From positions 1 to 61,141 of the IMG/VR virus record IMGVR_UViG_3300037963_003681: a DNA stretch of 61,141 nt; one strand, given 5' to 3'. Within the stretch, counting starts at the first letter, position 1; each line of letters begins with the position of its first letter. Shown one piece after another: positions 34,001 to 42,600 of this stretch. Source of the DNA: a virus. Its lineage: Duplodnaviria; Caudoviricetes. Both the position numbers and the translations under genes were made by a program. The notes under the pieces are model-generated. The model had not been told where the DNA came from. It worked only from the letters and a program-made list of their open reading frames with translations, and did not search any database.

Positions 34001-35335
34001 AGCAGGATAGTATGCTAAAATACCAGTTTTATTTGAGTAAAGACCACCATAGATAAAACTCACACCTCTTGGTTGATCAGGTAGTATATTAGAATTATTG
34101 GTGGCTAATACAGGTAGATTGTCATAAATACTAGTTTCACCATTTAGATAAACATCTCCAGCTAACGTAGTAGTACCGTCTATGGTTTTTGTGCCAGTAT
34201 CAGGCACAGGAGTGTAACCTAGAGAAGATATAATATCAGCTTGATCAGCGTATAATACTGATGACACTAAGCCATTAGAATCAACACCTATTTTTGTATA
34301 AGTACCTGGAGCTACGGCAGACGGTAACACATTTGTATTGAGTATACCCGTTAAATTAATGGCATCTCTAAAATAATCTTGGTGATGACCGTCCAATAAG
34401 TCTGCGTCTAAATTAGATCCAGGCCCATCATTTCCTGGATGAAGTGGTATATATCCTAAAATGTCTATGACATCATTGTAAGTAAGGGTTGTGCCACTAA
34501 CTACTCTGCCTTTATCGTCTGTAACAATTTTAGAATAAGTTCCAGGAGTACCTGTTGTACTCAGTTTGATAAGATCATCTTCTACAATAATATCGGCTGA
34601 AGAAGGTATATTGATCGCAACAGTACCGTTGGGTACTTCTAAGCCTCCTCCTCCAACCAAACCAGATCCTGCTACAATATTAACAGATATGCCACTGAGT
34701 AAAAAATTGCCTGTGTTAATAGGAAAAGATTTAATTTTAGTACCATCAAAATACACAAGTCGATTTTGAGTATAAAAATTGTTGTTCGTACCACCTTTAC
34801 TAATTGGTACTTGACCTTGAATAGTACCTAGATCTAATTCACTAGTTCTTGCTATTGTTCCGTCTACTACTATTTCATTACTGGAACCAATAGTTAAGCC
34901 TTCACCTAGTAAGGTATCTAATGTGACAGTATTATTTGAATCTATCTTTCGTAAACCTGAACCAGCCAAAACACCTGTTACACTATTGCTGGTTCCTGCT
35001 GTATCTAAAATATCTTGAACACTATACGAAGACGATGATAATTTATCTCCATCAAAAAAGATAATATTACCACTAGAATATGTGGTATTGTTTGTCCCTC
35101 CACTACTTAAAGGTAATACATCAAAAGTTGGAGCATCCTGACCAGCTGGGCCTTGAGCACCTGTCTCACCTTTATCCCCTTGAGGTCCTTGTTCTATACT
35201 TACAACTTTAATCGTATTGCTACGATCATCAGAGATAAGTACACGCGTAGTCTGTATAGATTGAGTCTCGTCTACTCTAGATACTAGTAAGTATTGATTT
35301 TTATTAAAGTCTTCGTTAACAGTTATTTGCGTCAT
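22019..35335 (-). CDS. Giant fibre/adhesin-like virion protein (4438 aa)
   Basis: Short collagen stretch; fibre shaft motifs (PGTYSKIVTDDKGRV, LDADLLDG); YadA-head-like VSIGQSN..SVAIG repeats; cadherin (PLDYEVKNIYNIRLKAS) and CADG/He_PIG (LPAWITFTPATRTFSGSP) domains; further Ig-like domains. Confidence 0.85.
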   Translation of the reverse strand: MTQITVNEDFNKNQYLLVSRVDETQSIQTTRVLISDDRSNTIKVVSIEQGPQGDKGETGAQGPAGQDAPTFDVLPLSSGGTNNTTYSSGNIIFFDGDKLSSSSYSVQDILDTAGTSNSVTGVLAGSGLRKIDSNNTVTLDTLLGEGLTIGSSNEIVVDGTIARTSELDLGTIQGQVPISKGGTNNNFYTQNRLVYFDGTKIKSFPINTGNFLLSGISVNIVAGSGLVGGGGLEVPNGTVAINIPSSADIIVEDDLIKLSTTGTPGTYSKIVTDDKGRVVSGTTLTYNDVIDILGYIPLHPGNDGPGSNLDADLLDGHHQDYFRDAINLTGILNTNVLPSAVAPGTYTKIGVDSNGLVSSVLYADQADIISSLGYTPVPDTGTKTIDGTTTLAGDVYLNGETSIYDNLPVLATNNSNILPDQPRGVSFIYGGLYSNKTGILAYYPANDELKLVTNVFASGADTGNGDEDDLNGGDANSVYVVSNLDGDSSTILLRNIADGLYVKLKGDEEIEGQKVFTSNITFRKQIRVDDPNANTDPPFDVSSNTRLVTNLNTDLLDSQHGSYYRNAANITGAFSYNNVTFDHIQGTNTYLPKFNDGVNDPAGRIDSSVVYQNPAGDIILDDNQSLVVGSGTVSSATSSVSIGQSNIIDGNNNLVVGTNNAVTGNNSIALNSNSKVNTNNSVAIGDHGYAYVPNQLSFGAFNHNDPTSLARLEHAQHSQITMHLQGVEAGNTWRTLTPSITIPNNKTFAYNLELLITKAFGTGVAQYEFMSGIFKNATYRDSNNFTQIVNLTTHPQQAKKRELFNNSQIKNHYHTFSHTNGDRQQQDVKVTHPPIQSNALSVQNREDYYIYTKELKQVTGSYYKTNRGDLVLDIDTPVYSGNFRMHTTNRGIEIVSDNHGLTVGSKIDLRFTNVTGQPVADKGYNVYSVIGKDTFYAERPYYTGIINYRSGELVDYADIVVDDRSISVLDGVNGANYSSGIFTNAHKIFADTTQDGEQFYSTFEIHHNYTGYRGDNTTILISGINIPKRGSYPSGRFVHTLPLVSNSGSVFLSHKQVIDGNFESDKTIFNKHRCFYTRFKNHPGNDQLTIYTTGVDTPLDISYQPVKYELTDGYLDDDNSSFEILNDNDRFHLVAINPLDYEVKNIYNIRLKASNYIAGKTFEKNFTITVNDKKSPYSHINIPNHTVDITETLDYTFPANIFNEEDDEGSLTFSASLQNGHPLPAWITFTPATRTFSGSPGGCKIGTYNIRVYAENNHSKIHADFFLTVTDNEYQVFEYFDGNNDDITDIVLSSTSIDENLPSGSLISTLDCVGSYNPYLEFETASNSFSGNLVNGADFVECFNIVQDFATSSITGSSSYLSLPSLVDIIGYGTDYTVTNRYAPFSMSGTPGLSDGRIYFVDSYRDNDNTFFAGQTIKASGSVSLPRQFTVNGYNDYSVTIDEVRTTLKTELSTDFAEELLTEQDGHHIVTHHGFEPLFMSTESSVLGAVSGITSEASGQFSTPPETGLQRFQIADAFNTNIIWASGYPNCSDRDLIENATVSYTDRTGDPTTVDNTTNLQNFNPPPTGDLKRSNIKYDTDTFAFRDAVENPVLALYGIGSGDFCRFLTEDNHMINAENSNRIISSDPKDHGTRIEIANSAYELFDSYRVVKDNGNLMVDKFDNFIAENNDPIVHDYAIAARSGDACLVLPGSVQGDIKLIYEAAVDQSDNVFNYYYNWGKLIQFAFSSNKHFVKFSEPYAGSTASRKIVYQENAAEDNNYPISGLKQHAYPQVTGCNIVSYVSGFKGFESDYASTGHYVTGLVDVYTQAGTGVVTLNFNKDINLDSRKQNNVYAYNFASSIGSLDLPVAAQYTGIKIVDEDTIQIENNYFMPNSGIQANGSINRRGTFTGNVDKGHGYKEEAFTIINRVPVEFVDVRKKWHHTNTSVIDSTANRRPKDYTFDVVSVTGNRVMVQDYKNYLLKETSRPDYYEKSIKGSYLTNGITFSGSLFNNHQNIYDIRYNKTYLNHIYDKINFEYDHSSKLFSFVIKSGVIQPFDNVKVSFPTGFAYSSDPINVLIDDTMIGRKTGLRDLEPDKDNMLLETSATLETTLSSEDIIFTGIMSKGKDAAGTCTIDNSLINRLQTGLMLNHSNSDKYGYEIDSLVDGFIFSGVIPKNHNVISANIAAKLDSNHIGHASIFATGSDALYEGSRIVRQATINDIGYSEYYCTDSSDPNLNVATGISGVGHSSDPYYHHIQTTTNNSGYLEFIYLGQNSNRIKLEGTYHISGIQNTGLIVYHTTFEQQTERYRALINRATPIAQTEVFKTGSLDVGLTGELDLTLNVNRFDKIKVFVGKSKKSHFKNDLLLTAKTLDSVTIKPYILENAQTLNTTVDYFPYINPAEAELVYTPVPTLDANDCVDCDTKLPQYIPALDPNYRSLLAQDYHVLPYIKTNNTYCGSDQKNKQVFFNGNIIKMSQFNTIKSFLLEEDEFIIDKFNSVNIADSGVSKHLSKFNATSESNIVSGIVIEGDRTIPPRPGDVAWDLVYENSFRHKTPLGVAHDQALPNKGIVEFTKSTSGFFNVLDYNNLYYHTYGGTTSHYPLDNTGASVAAAQTGTYSVVFDTDTCMSGTLCVTVSGISTAPFTNVAAGKTMFFDFDDEAPSLTQSYPIKDVISPNALTISPAFDADMINKSGLVYIIDSTQNIKSHLNPNVDNAFTLSEGNIDGLSSTSKKILNYFDNDSKRWKHTIHLQGDQPSPTGHTIKLGGPSETESTLYSILPSPINISGIQYRFNDSDDFADISNNSLSIPDNVNQVMFKVTTTNGDLSLFDKPRHSIPKVSLSGIGIYQLEFNEPASFGWHGSGWNIGLKWNPPKEDYTNKDIIVRTSDLTGDADQTISISKYKIPNITSFYPTGYVASGNMWEVGFDITKLDVNTKLTSNELFLELANMPDSSNYARAYADATSVVFSGDTRGANTGIYNLQLTVKDLTTTPYTTLGVVTGVLSVLDHIADRPAYNVEFNNFSSTYYLNTDQQDKVKFSIPALLGPTSSEVTNNLNITFNTDAEYNISLDNASYNSNTKRFDITATPQTTGDSPVYRDDSGRFVNQSVSVSIKQAVYDEFGGYTYQTYSRNIGFNTIFYKNVVFEGIPQTTTIPFTTNEPWSMEFYIVSGICEHDASNIPNAKIFNAPNLGTYDFEIPQYNLTYTYETGIKKWKVAAVANKDALGRFIAETGLYPISIYIDDEYSSNTTNDDYSISYDSFTRMKNISADVYTTPDNEFFTKADIFDLNENQSNQISFPASLKENSITLPTDKTVRKYDRHLNIWTNSYTSDAMTDKYDARFNLTGDTITVDCKGIGKDKIIAVAKLSTMEIESNELDGIPLKITGILGYTPGGAINVDQGDDSWELQFKTIGGLAHANYPPTIILTDMPTFCTGYNPLIETQLQCLVKAPTWNPGDQGGSWSYHFSGLPSCVLLGRKDFTITAIDTDTSLLPESPYLPNTDQVPFAFNYIEGSFDGNPPTITINDNYVGMDKMLPFCNTYYTKQLDFKPGGEALCTNVTGIKSYSVSGSVPPGLSYSQYFPENANTPVAPYSNMGHGYLKVEGYPTTFASGGAYAEKLTLTVTDARDKTATQTITFTDASVPNDPDIGMTVYFKDENIAVSPKSGLALIKDRSQDVGRPPTIVEALTCRSVLPHNKCGVSEILFSGTAVTNDLRIYIIQSGENLQTNQQISSGDEIYIAFDSHNNGNDGSYKLFSDDTGIHITGSESLQNPSQVAPITGNAQILKGQSESLNLSNFDTFFEGNIVSSTQYCILGGGVATQGKDQPAGGGNTKRGLLGAMLPSFKASLTGLQAFDSFSDLRIDRVNSDVDITSSVSWSDCHQTGVLYISGIAVPEIHAEVVDPPPAQDYFFSFNGIRFALATRLAYGDTESQRLIQGNSRSASLGYDIIDMMSGVSIQNGTVGAGSSFDTRTLSRESGTVYKLTISKDSDVFPTYDPLATPESSNDYVWIHKGDNLTTVPTQNTFPPLNIVGFDSVSVINSLTDGDPNGVVMTPLIGIAVGGYVPTSAGIGEAIPYSHSGNGVVSGLYSMETFLPKISGIIQKDLLKPTTTGLRSDYTYSDTTLKISGVNPSVGDMIKVEFYTNPAFGNPELQYSDTITVAANNIDGDYLSIVTNLGGSNISNGKSTVDFRSIIQDVDLTNNELLVSGNFTYTVGDSIGVDKDRFTSTDLNLLEHNGYVSVASGDGNLVYLGNTAAGTGWLEGFNKNDYVKVYENIDDNIKIMPYNTVYNTEGKYTFQITGRSNTRENEDLIYKIATMDNIDTPVFDTVSYPHVGLSPKKFFTNHVLHVNKPIAIVTGTVNKVGDDLTFSISGGKRPLYNHSPDIQIAAGIGGDFDYCGFLRHTVGTGSIIEDQYNNTTDMLDVKLTLSSDYGIDWSVHNTVKIQVSDETGTDNYTYVY

Positions 35336-35763
35336 TAACAGGTTCCACAGTCATCTTGAGAATCAAAATTACAATTAAAAGCATCAGTATCAGAAACGTT
35401 ACGCTCTATAGTCGAAATCGTTCCTTGTAAAATTCTAAAAACTTTTTTACCTCCACCACTATATAGGTCGTTAGGTTCTTGTAATTCTAAATCATAAGAT
35501 GCACTTGTGAAAGTATATGCAGCTGTTACAGAAGCGGGAATTTTTAAACTAATTTTACCAACTAATGGATCTATAACAAATTCATAATCTGCACCCGTAT
35601 GATTACTATTAAAGGTGTTGATTACATCATTGTTATCCTTCCATCTTAGTCTAGCACACCAATTGGTTAAATTTATTGGATTATTATTATCATCTTTATA
35701 TTCAAAAGAAATTACGAAAGCTGTACCTTTTTCTATAGTAAAGCTATAATCTGCTGCTGCCAT
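35335..35763 (-). CDS. Small fibre-attachment (BppU-N-like) protein, 142 aa, paralog of 44025..44429
   Basis: YSFTIEKGTAF...PINLTNWCARLRWK...YDLELQ...RILQGTI; abuts the giant fibre gene. Confidence 0.65.
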   Translation of the reverse strand: MAAADYSFTIEKGTAFVISFEYKDDNNNPINLTNWCARLRWKDNNDVINTFNSNHTGADYEFVIDPLVGKISLKIPASVTAAYTFTSASYDLELQEPNDLYSGGGKKVFRILQGTISTIERNVSDTDAFNCNFDSQDDCGTC

Positions 35764-35783
35764 AATTATTCCTCATGTTGATA

Positions 35784-36305
35784 TTATGAATAAAAATATC
35801 TTGACCTATCTGAACCGTCTTGCAAATATCTAGGGTCAAATTCATTACCAACAAAAGGTCCAAGAATAGCATGAATAGCTTGAACATTACCTATCTGGTG
35901 ATCTTCTTTAAGCTTTTCATAAAGCGCACACGGGCCTTGGTTTAAAATCACCTCATAGCCTCTCATACCTCCACCTACAACCAGCTGAGCAGGCCCTAGT
36001 GAAGCTCTAATGCCATCGGAAGCTGCTCTTGTTCTAAGAGAGCTTTGATCTAGCATACATGAAGCTTTGAGAGCAGTTAAACCAATAAAGTCAAGATCTT
36101 TTTCTTGAGCTAAAACAGGATCAGGACTAATATCGGGATTGACAATATTAATCGAGTAATTAACTTTTAAATCTACCTCTTTGATAACATATTGAGCTGC
36201 TACAACAATTAATTGCTGAACCCTCTCATCGCTATAGGTAGGAGTATCAGAAAGGTCATTAATCCATGACCTTACAATAAGAGGCATTTCTACATTCCAT
36301 GACAT
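35784..36305 (-). CDS. Putative head-tail adaptor (173 aa)
   Basis: IVRSWINDLSDTPTYSDERVQQLI N-terminus resembles head-tail connectors; synteny. Confidence 0.55.
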   Translation of the reverse strand: MSWNVEMPLIVRSWINDLSDTPTYSDERVQQLIVVAAQYVIKEVDLKVNYSINIVNPDISPDPVLAQEKDLDFIGLTALKASCMLDQSSLRTRAASDGIRASLGPAQLVVGGGMRGYEVILNQGPCALYEKLKEDHQIGNVQAIHAILGPFVGNEFDPRYLQDGSDRSRYFYS

Positions 36306-36373
36306 AATTTAGGCCCATTTAAAGTAATATTTGCAAATATAGAATTCTATTCGTTTTATACACCTAAGCCTAA

Positions 36374-36682
36374 TTAAGATGATATAATATCATTCTGCTG
36401 GCCTAATTTGTTTACATATGCTATTAAAGAACCCATAGCTGCTGCTAAGTCAGTATCTGTAGCTGATTCTTCTAACATATTCTCCACTCTAATCCATTGA
36501 CCACCATTTGGTTCTAATTCTGCCACTCCATCAAACATGCCATATTTATGTAATTTGACTTCTCCAACGACTTCTCCGTTAGGATCTGGACCTTTAATAA
36601 CAATTTCTTCTACCCATACTCTGTCATATACTTTTTCAGGTATGGTGGTTGGTGACGCTGCTGATAAAATTGGTAAAGACAT
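36374..36682 (-). CDS. Hypothetical protein (102 aa), possible fibre chaperone
   Basis: GGAG RBS; directly after the 2339-aa fibre. Confidence 0.6.
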   Translation of the reverse strand: MSLPILSAASPTTIPEKVYDRVWVEEIVIKGPDPNGEVVGEVKLHKYGMFDGVAELEPNGGQWIRVENMLEESATDTDLAAAMGSLIAYVNKLGQQNDIISS

Positions 36683-36692
36683 CGTTTTCTCC

Positions 36693-39600
36693 TTAAGGTA
36701 TAATTTCTGGACTCATATTAGAGAGAATATTGGCTTCTCTATAGGCTGATGTTTCATTTAATCCTCCTACTTCTAGTAAATCAACTTTAGCTACCCAATT
36801 TACATTTGTAGAAGCTGCACCTTTGCATTGAACTAATAGATAGTCTGTTTGACCTGATTGGGCTCCAGCAAAGGCTAATTGTACATCCCAAGCGCTATTA
36901 GATTCTGCAATGACTGTTTTACTAGCGGACCCAACTAAAGCTGTACCAAAAGCATCATTAACTATACAAGCCTTAATTTGATATGCAGCATGCTGTCTTC
37001 CACCTGCAGTAGCTCCCGTATTTGTTCTACGTCCTACAATATTAACATCGGCCATAAATGTTTTATTAGAAGGTAGTTTAACACCGCTATACATTCCGTT
37101 ATTCATTTCTAAGCTAGTAAACGTAGCATTAGTAGTTCTACCAGTTAATAAGTTAATACTGTTTTGAGCATTACCAGGGAAATCTCCCCAAGCGGCTTCT
37201 GTGGAATGTACGATTGTACCACTTTGATGATGTAGTCCACTAACACCAACAATTAATCCTGTAGTAGCGGTAATACCTTGTGTATTAATGGATGAAGATA
37301 AGTCTATATTGACTTCTGTATCAGGAGTTTCTGTAATAGCAAAATTAGAAGCAAAATCTAAAGTAACAATGTCCGCACCACCAACTTGACTACCATTAGC
37401 TTTAACGGTTGTCATACTACCGCCACCTCCACCTCCTCCAGCATTAGCATCTACATATGCTTTAACTGATTGTTGAGTTGGAACTTTAGTAGCAGAATTT
37501 GAAGACATGTTATCTTCATCTATAACAAAATCCATACTTGATGTTGAAGTATCGGTATTCATAACCGCACCAGCAGCGTTTACATTTGTTGCGTCGGTGA
37601 CATCAGCAGACGCTTCTATACCGTCAAGCTTGGTTTTGTCTCCGTTAGCAAAGGCTCCTTCTGATGGCTTAACTTGCAAGGTGGAAATAGTAACGCCTTT
37701 AACACCTGCAAGGTCGGTTAATTCACTATCCATCAAGGCTCCGGCTGCTGTTACGTTAGCAGTATCTGTTACATCTGCGCTGGCTTCAATACCATCCAGT
37801 TTACTGTGATCTGCTGTTGTAAAGTTTTCATCTGTCTGAGATGCGACAACAAAATCAATAGTACCATCAGCGTCTTGGTAAGTAACAGTGATACCTGTCT
37901 CAGTATTACCAGAAAGCATTGCTCCAACAATATCTTGTATTTCTTCATCTGTTTGATCTGCTGTAGCATTGGCTTCAATACCATCAAGTTTAGTTTTGTC
38001 GCCATCAGCAAAAGCACCCTCTGAAGGCTTAGACTGTAAAGTAGAAATAGTAACACCTTTAACGCCTGCAAGGTCAGTTAATTCACTGTCCATCAAAGCT
38101 CCTGCGGCTGTTACATTAGCAGTATCTGTGACATCTGCACTACTCTCGACTGAATCCAATTTAGTCTCTTGAGCATCTGTCATAAATCTCTTATCAGATG
38201 CGTCTGTCATATTGGTAGTAACAAAATTAGGCGAAGCACCGGCTACTACTGATTGGTCTAATGCTTTAACGTCAGCAATGCTTGCTAACTCACTATCCAT
38301 CAGAGCACCAGCAGAAGTTACATTAGCTGTGTCTGTGACATCTGCGCTAGCTTCAATACCATCCAGTTTACTGTGGTCTGCTGTGGTAAAATTCTCATCT
38401 GTTTGAGACGCAACAACAAAATCGATAGTGCCATCAGCATCTTGATAAGTTACTGTAATACCTGTTTCGGTATTACTTGAGAGCATAGCCCCAACGATAT
38501 CTTGTATTTCTTCGTCTGTTTGATCAGCAGTTGCACCAGTTTCAATACCATCTAATTTAGTCTTATCTCCATTGGCAAATGCTCCCTCTGATGGAGGTTG
38601 TTGAGCACTGTCGGCCTTGGTTCCTTGAGCAGCAGTCGCGTAATCTGAAGAATCAAATGCTTTAACTTGTGATAAGTTTGTAACTTCAGAATCCATAAGA
38701 GCACCAGCACTAGTCACATTGGCTGTATCTGTAACGTCCGCATTCGCCTCTATACCGTCTAGTTTGCTATGATCTGCCGTGGTAAAGTTTTCATCGGTTT
38801 GACTAGCTACTACAAAGTCTATGGTCCCATCAGCATCTTGATATGTAACAGTAATCCCTGTCTCTGTATTTCCTGTAAGCATACCACCAACAAAGTCTTC
38901 TACCTGTTCTTCGGTAAGCTGTGTGTCTGTAGTAGAATATGTGTTTGTATCAACGCTACCATCGGCTTTTAAGAATTGACTAGATGTACCACCATCTTTA
39001 ACAAAACTATCAGCCTCAACTTTTCCACTAAAATGACCAGAACCAGTAACATCTATGTCGCCAGTGCCAGTTATATCTTTAGAGTTAAGATCTAAATTAC
39101 CACCGAGTTGTGGCGTGGTGTCTTCAACTACATTCCCTATGCCGCCGCCACCTCCAGCACTAGCTGTGGCTGTAGTTAAAGCAGTAACGTGACCGTTGCT
39201 ATCAAGTGTAATATCTTGAATAAAAGTATTTCCACTATTATCAGAAGAACTAGCAGCGCTAATGTTTGGATGTGCAGTTAAATAACCAGCACTGTCAATA
39301 TAGGCTTTTACTGACTGCTGAGTAGGAACCTTAGTGTCTGAATCAGATGACATATTGTCTTCATCCACTACAAAACTCATGCTCGCAGTAGAAGTGTCAG
39401 TATTCATTACTGCACCAGCTGCGTCAACATTAGTTGCATCGGTCACATCCGCACTAGCTTCAATAGCATCTAGCTTTGTCTTGTCCCCATCAGCGAATGC
39501 TCCTTCAGATGGCTTCACTTGCAATGTAGATATCGTGACTCCTTTAACACCAGCTAAGTCTGTTAACTCGCTGTCCATTAATGCACCAGCACTAGTTACA

Positions 39601-42600
39601 TTAGCTGTATCAGTTACGTCTGCTCCTGCTTCTATACCGTCCAATTTACTGTGGTCTGCAGTTGTAAAGTTCTCGTCTGTTTGACTAGCTACAACAAAGT
39701 CTAATGTACCATCACTATCATCATATGTGACTGTGATACCTGTTTCAGTATTACCTGTAACCATGCCTCCGACAAAATCTTCTACTTGTTCCTCTGTAAG
39801 TTGCGTATCTGTAGTAGAATACGTATTTGTATCAACACTTCCGTCAGCTTTCAAAAATTGACTAGATGTACCATGCTGTGTTTTAAAGCCAGATGCCGTA
39901 ATAACTCCACTGACATCTAACCTAGTTTGAGGAGAATCTGTCCCAACACCAATACTATCTGCACTGGCATCTATATAGAAAACATTATTTTCATTATCTC
40001 CATTATATTGTAAATCTACATTTGCTTTATTAACATTAAATCTAAAACCTAGTGAGGTATCTCTTAATTCTAATTTAGTACTACTGTTATTACCTCCAGC
40101 AGTTAGAGTCAAGGTTTTACTGTCTTTAGCACTGACGAACGTAGCGCCATCAGTATTCGCACATATCATAAAGTCGTTACTGCCATCCATACTACTATGT
40201 CGAAGTCCCATTGCATTAGTAATCCCATTAGCATCACTACAAGAACCAATGTGTAGTCCACCATCAACATCGCCACTACTTTTAATCTGAATACCACAAT
40301 GATTAGGCATAGTTTCCTGTAGTATAATATGACCTGTAGTACTTATGTCTCCAGAACCTATAATGTCTTTACCATTAACATCTAGATTACCACCAAGTTG
40401 TGGAGTTGTATCTTCTACAATGTTAGAAATACCACCTCCTCCACCACCGCCTTCAAATACTGAACCACTTTGAAAAATAGTTCCAGAGATTTCTATATCT
40501 CCAACAACATGTAATTTTCTAGCAGGAGATGTAGTTCCAAGACCAAGGTTTCCAGTAGGGACAACGATATTTGCATCAACATGTCGTGTGTTGATTGTTA
40601 TGTCTGTAGCTGTAGTAGAACCACCTTCTATTTTAATTCCATTAAGATTTGTTATCTGTATATTGTTTCTGGTGTCTTGAGTTCCACCACCAACTATTCT
40701 TATGTCAGAATTAGGACTAAATAAACGTTTGACACTACTACTGGCAGATACTCCAAAATAATTGGCCGCAGTTTCAAAAGCGGTTTTGAATTCTCCACTG
40801 TTCTGTATATCACCGATTATATCGATATCACCAGCCCCAGTTATATTATTAGAATTTAAATCTAAATTTCCACCTAGCTGTGGAGTCGTGTCTTCTACGA
40901 CATTAGAAATACCTCCACCTCCACCTCCACCTTGAAATACTGAACCGCTTTGGAAGATAGTACCAGAGATTTCTACATCACCGACGACATGTAATTTACG
41001 AACTGGGTCAGTTGTTGCAATACCGACATTGCCATCACCTGAAGTAATGACCATGCGAGTAGTATTATCTGTTGTAAGATACAGATCATGAGCTGATTCA
41101 GTACCTATTAAGCCAGCTAGATCACTACTAGAAGATTGTAGTTTAGTCACTACAGGTAGATCTCTAGATAAAAATCTTGCAAATGATCCTTGAGCTTGTA
41201 CATGTCCCACAACGTCTAACGTATAATCTGGAGAAGATGTGCCAAGGCCAATCCTGTCCGTACTAGCATCAGCGTAAAATAAATTCTGATCAGAGTTCCC
41301 CTCAATCCTAAAGTCTACATTCTCTCCATCCTCGTTAAAGACACTTACAGCAGGGGATAAATTTAACCTTTCTTTACTAACGCCAACGCTGTCAAAAGCA
41401 TTAAATGTTATAGAACTACTCTTTTGCCTATTAGTAACTACAAAACTATTACTAACCACTTGTATTGCAGTGCCGCTAAGGGCACCATGACCCGTAGTAT
41501 CATTAGTTAATTTAAGCTCTGGATAATTAGTAGCAGCAATGTGTATAGATGTATCACCGCCAGCCGGTGCTGGATTTACTGTCCCAACACCAACTTTACC
41601 ACCCATCGCTTGCAGTGCTATATCTTTTCCCCAACTACTACCAGGTTCAACGGCTTGTATATAGAAAACGTCATCTGTAGCATCTGCGCCAATCAATCCT
41701 CCGATAGTAGCTCCACTATTTTGAATTTTTATATGAGCTGTATTTTCACTATTATATCTTGCAGTATTATGCTGTATTCTAACTTTATTATTACCGGGAT
41801 TATCGGTTCCAATTCCAATACTATCAGTACTGGCATCAGCATAAATTAAGTTATTAGAAGTACCATGTACAGCAAAATCAAGATTCTCATTATTTAGATT
41901 AAATGCAACTTTTGTACTGTCGAATTTCATTTTTTCATTATGCTGTCCAACACCAAACATAAAGTTATTAACTAGTAATTGATATGTTTGATTATTATTA
42001 CCACCCCTAATAATAACAGAAGATCCGTCTTTTGCGCTCATAAATGTATGATCGCCCTTACTTAATAGCATGTACTCTTGAGAACCATCTAGTTTAGTAT
42101 GAGTTAGTCCCGTATATAAATCGTCATCATAAGAAGAACCATAAGAATTGTAAACAATTTCACCCAAGTGTAATCCTTGACCAGAAGAATTTACAATAGC
42201 TAAACCTAATCCAGTAGGAGTGTGTGTGAATCTACCGATACCAACAACATCTAATGTGTGAGCTGGTGTGCCTGTTCCTATACCAACATTACCATTAGGA
42301 TCTACTGTAACTCTTTCGCTTCCAGCCGTAGAGATTCTAACATCATTATCTTGAAATCGAATGTAAGTATCTGTATCAGTTCTATGATAGATATACTCAC
42401 CAAGCCCAATATCACCAGCAACGTCTAGTTCCCAAGAAGGCTCACCTACTCCATTAATACCTAACTTATTTGTAGATGCATCAAACTTTATTCCAGGGTT
42501 TCCTTGATTAGAACCATTACCCTTAACAACAAAATCAATATTATTAGCTCCGTCGTTAATAGTAACTTCGTGCGGAGCAGAGCCTCTTTTCTCCGCAGTA

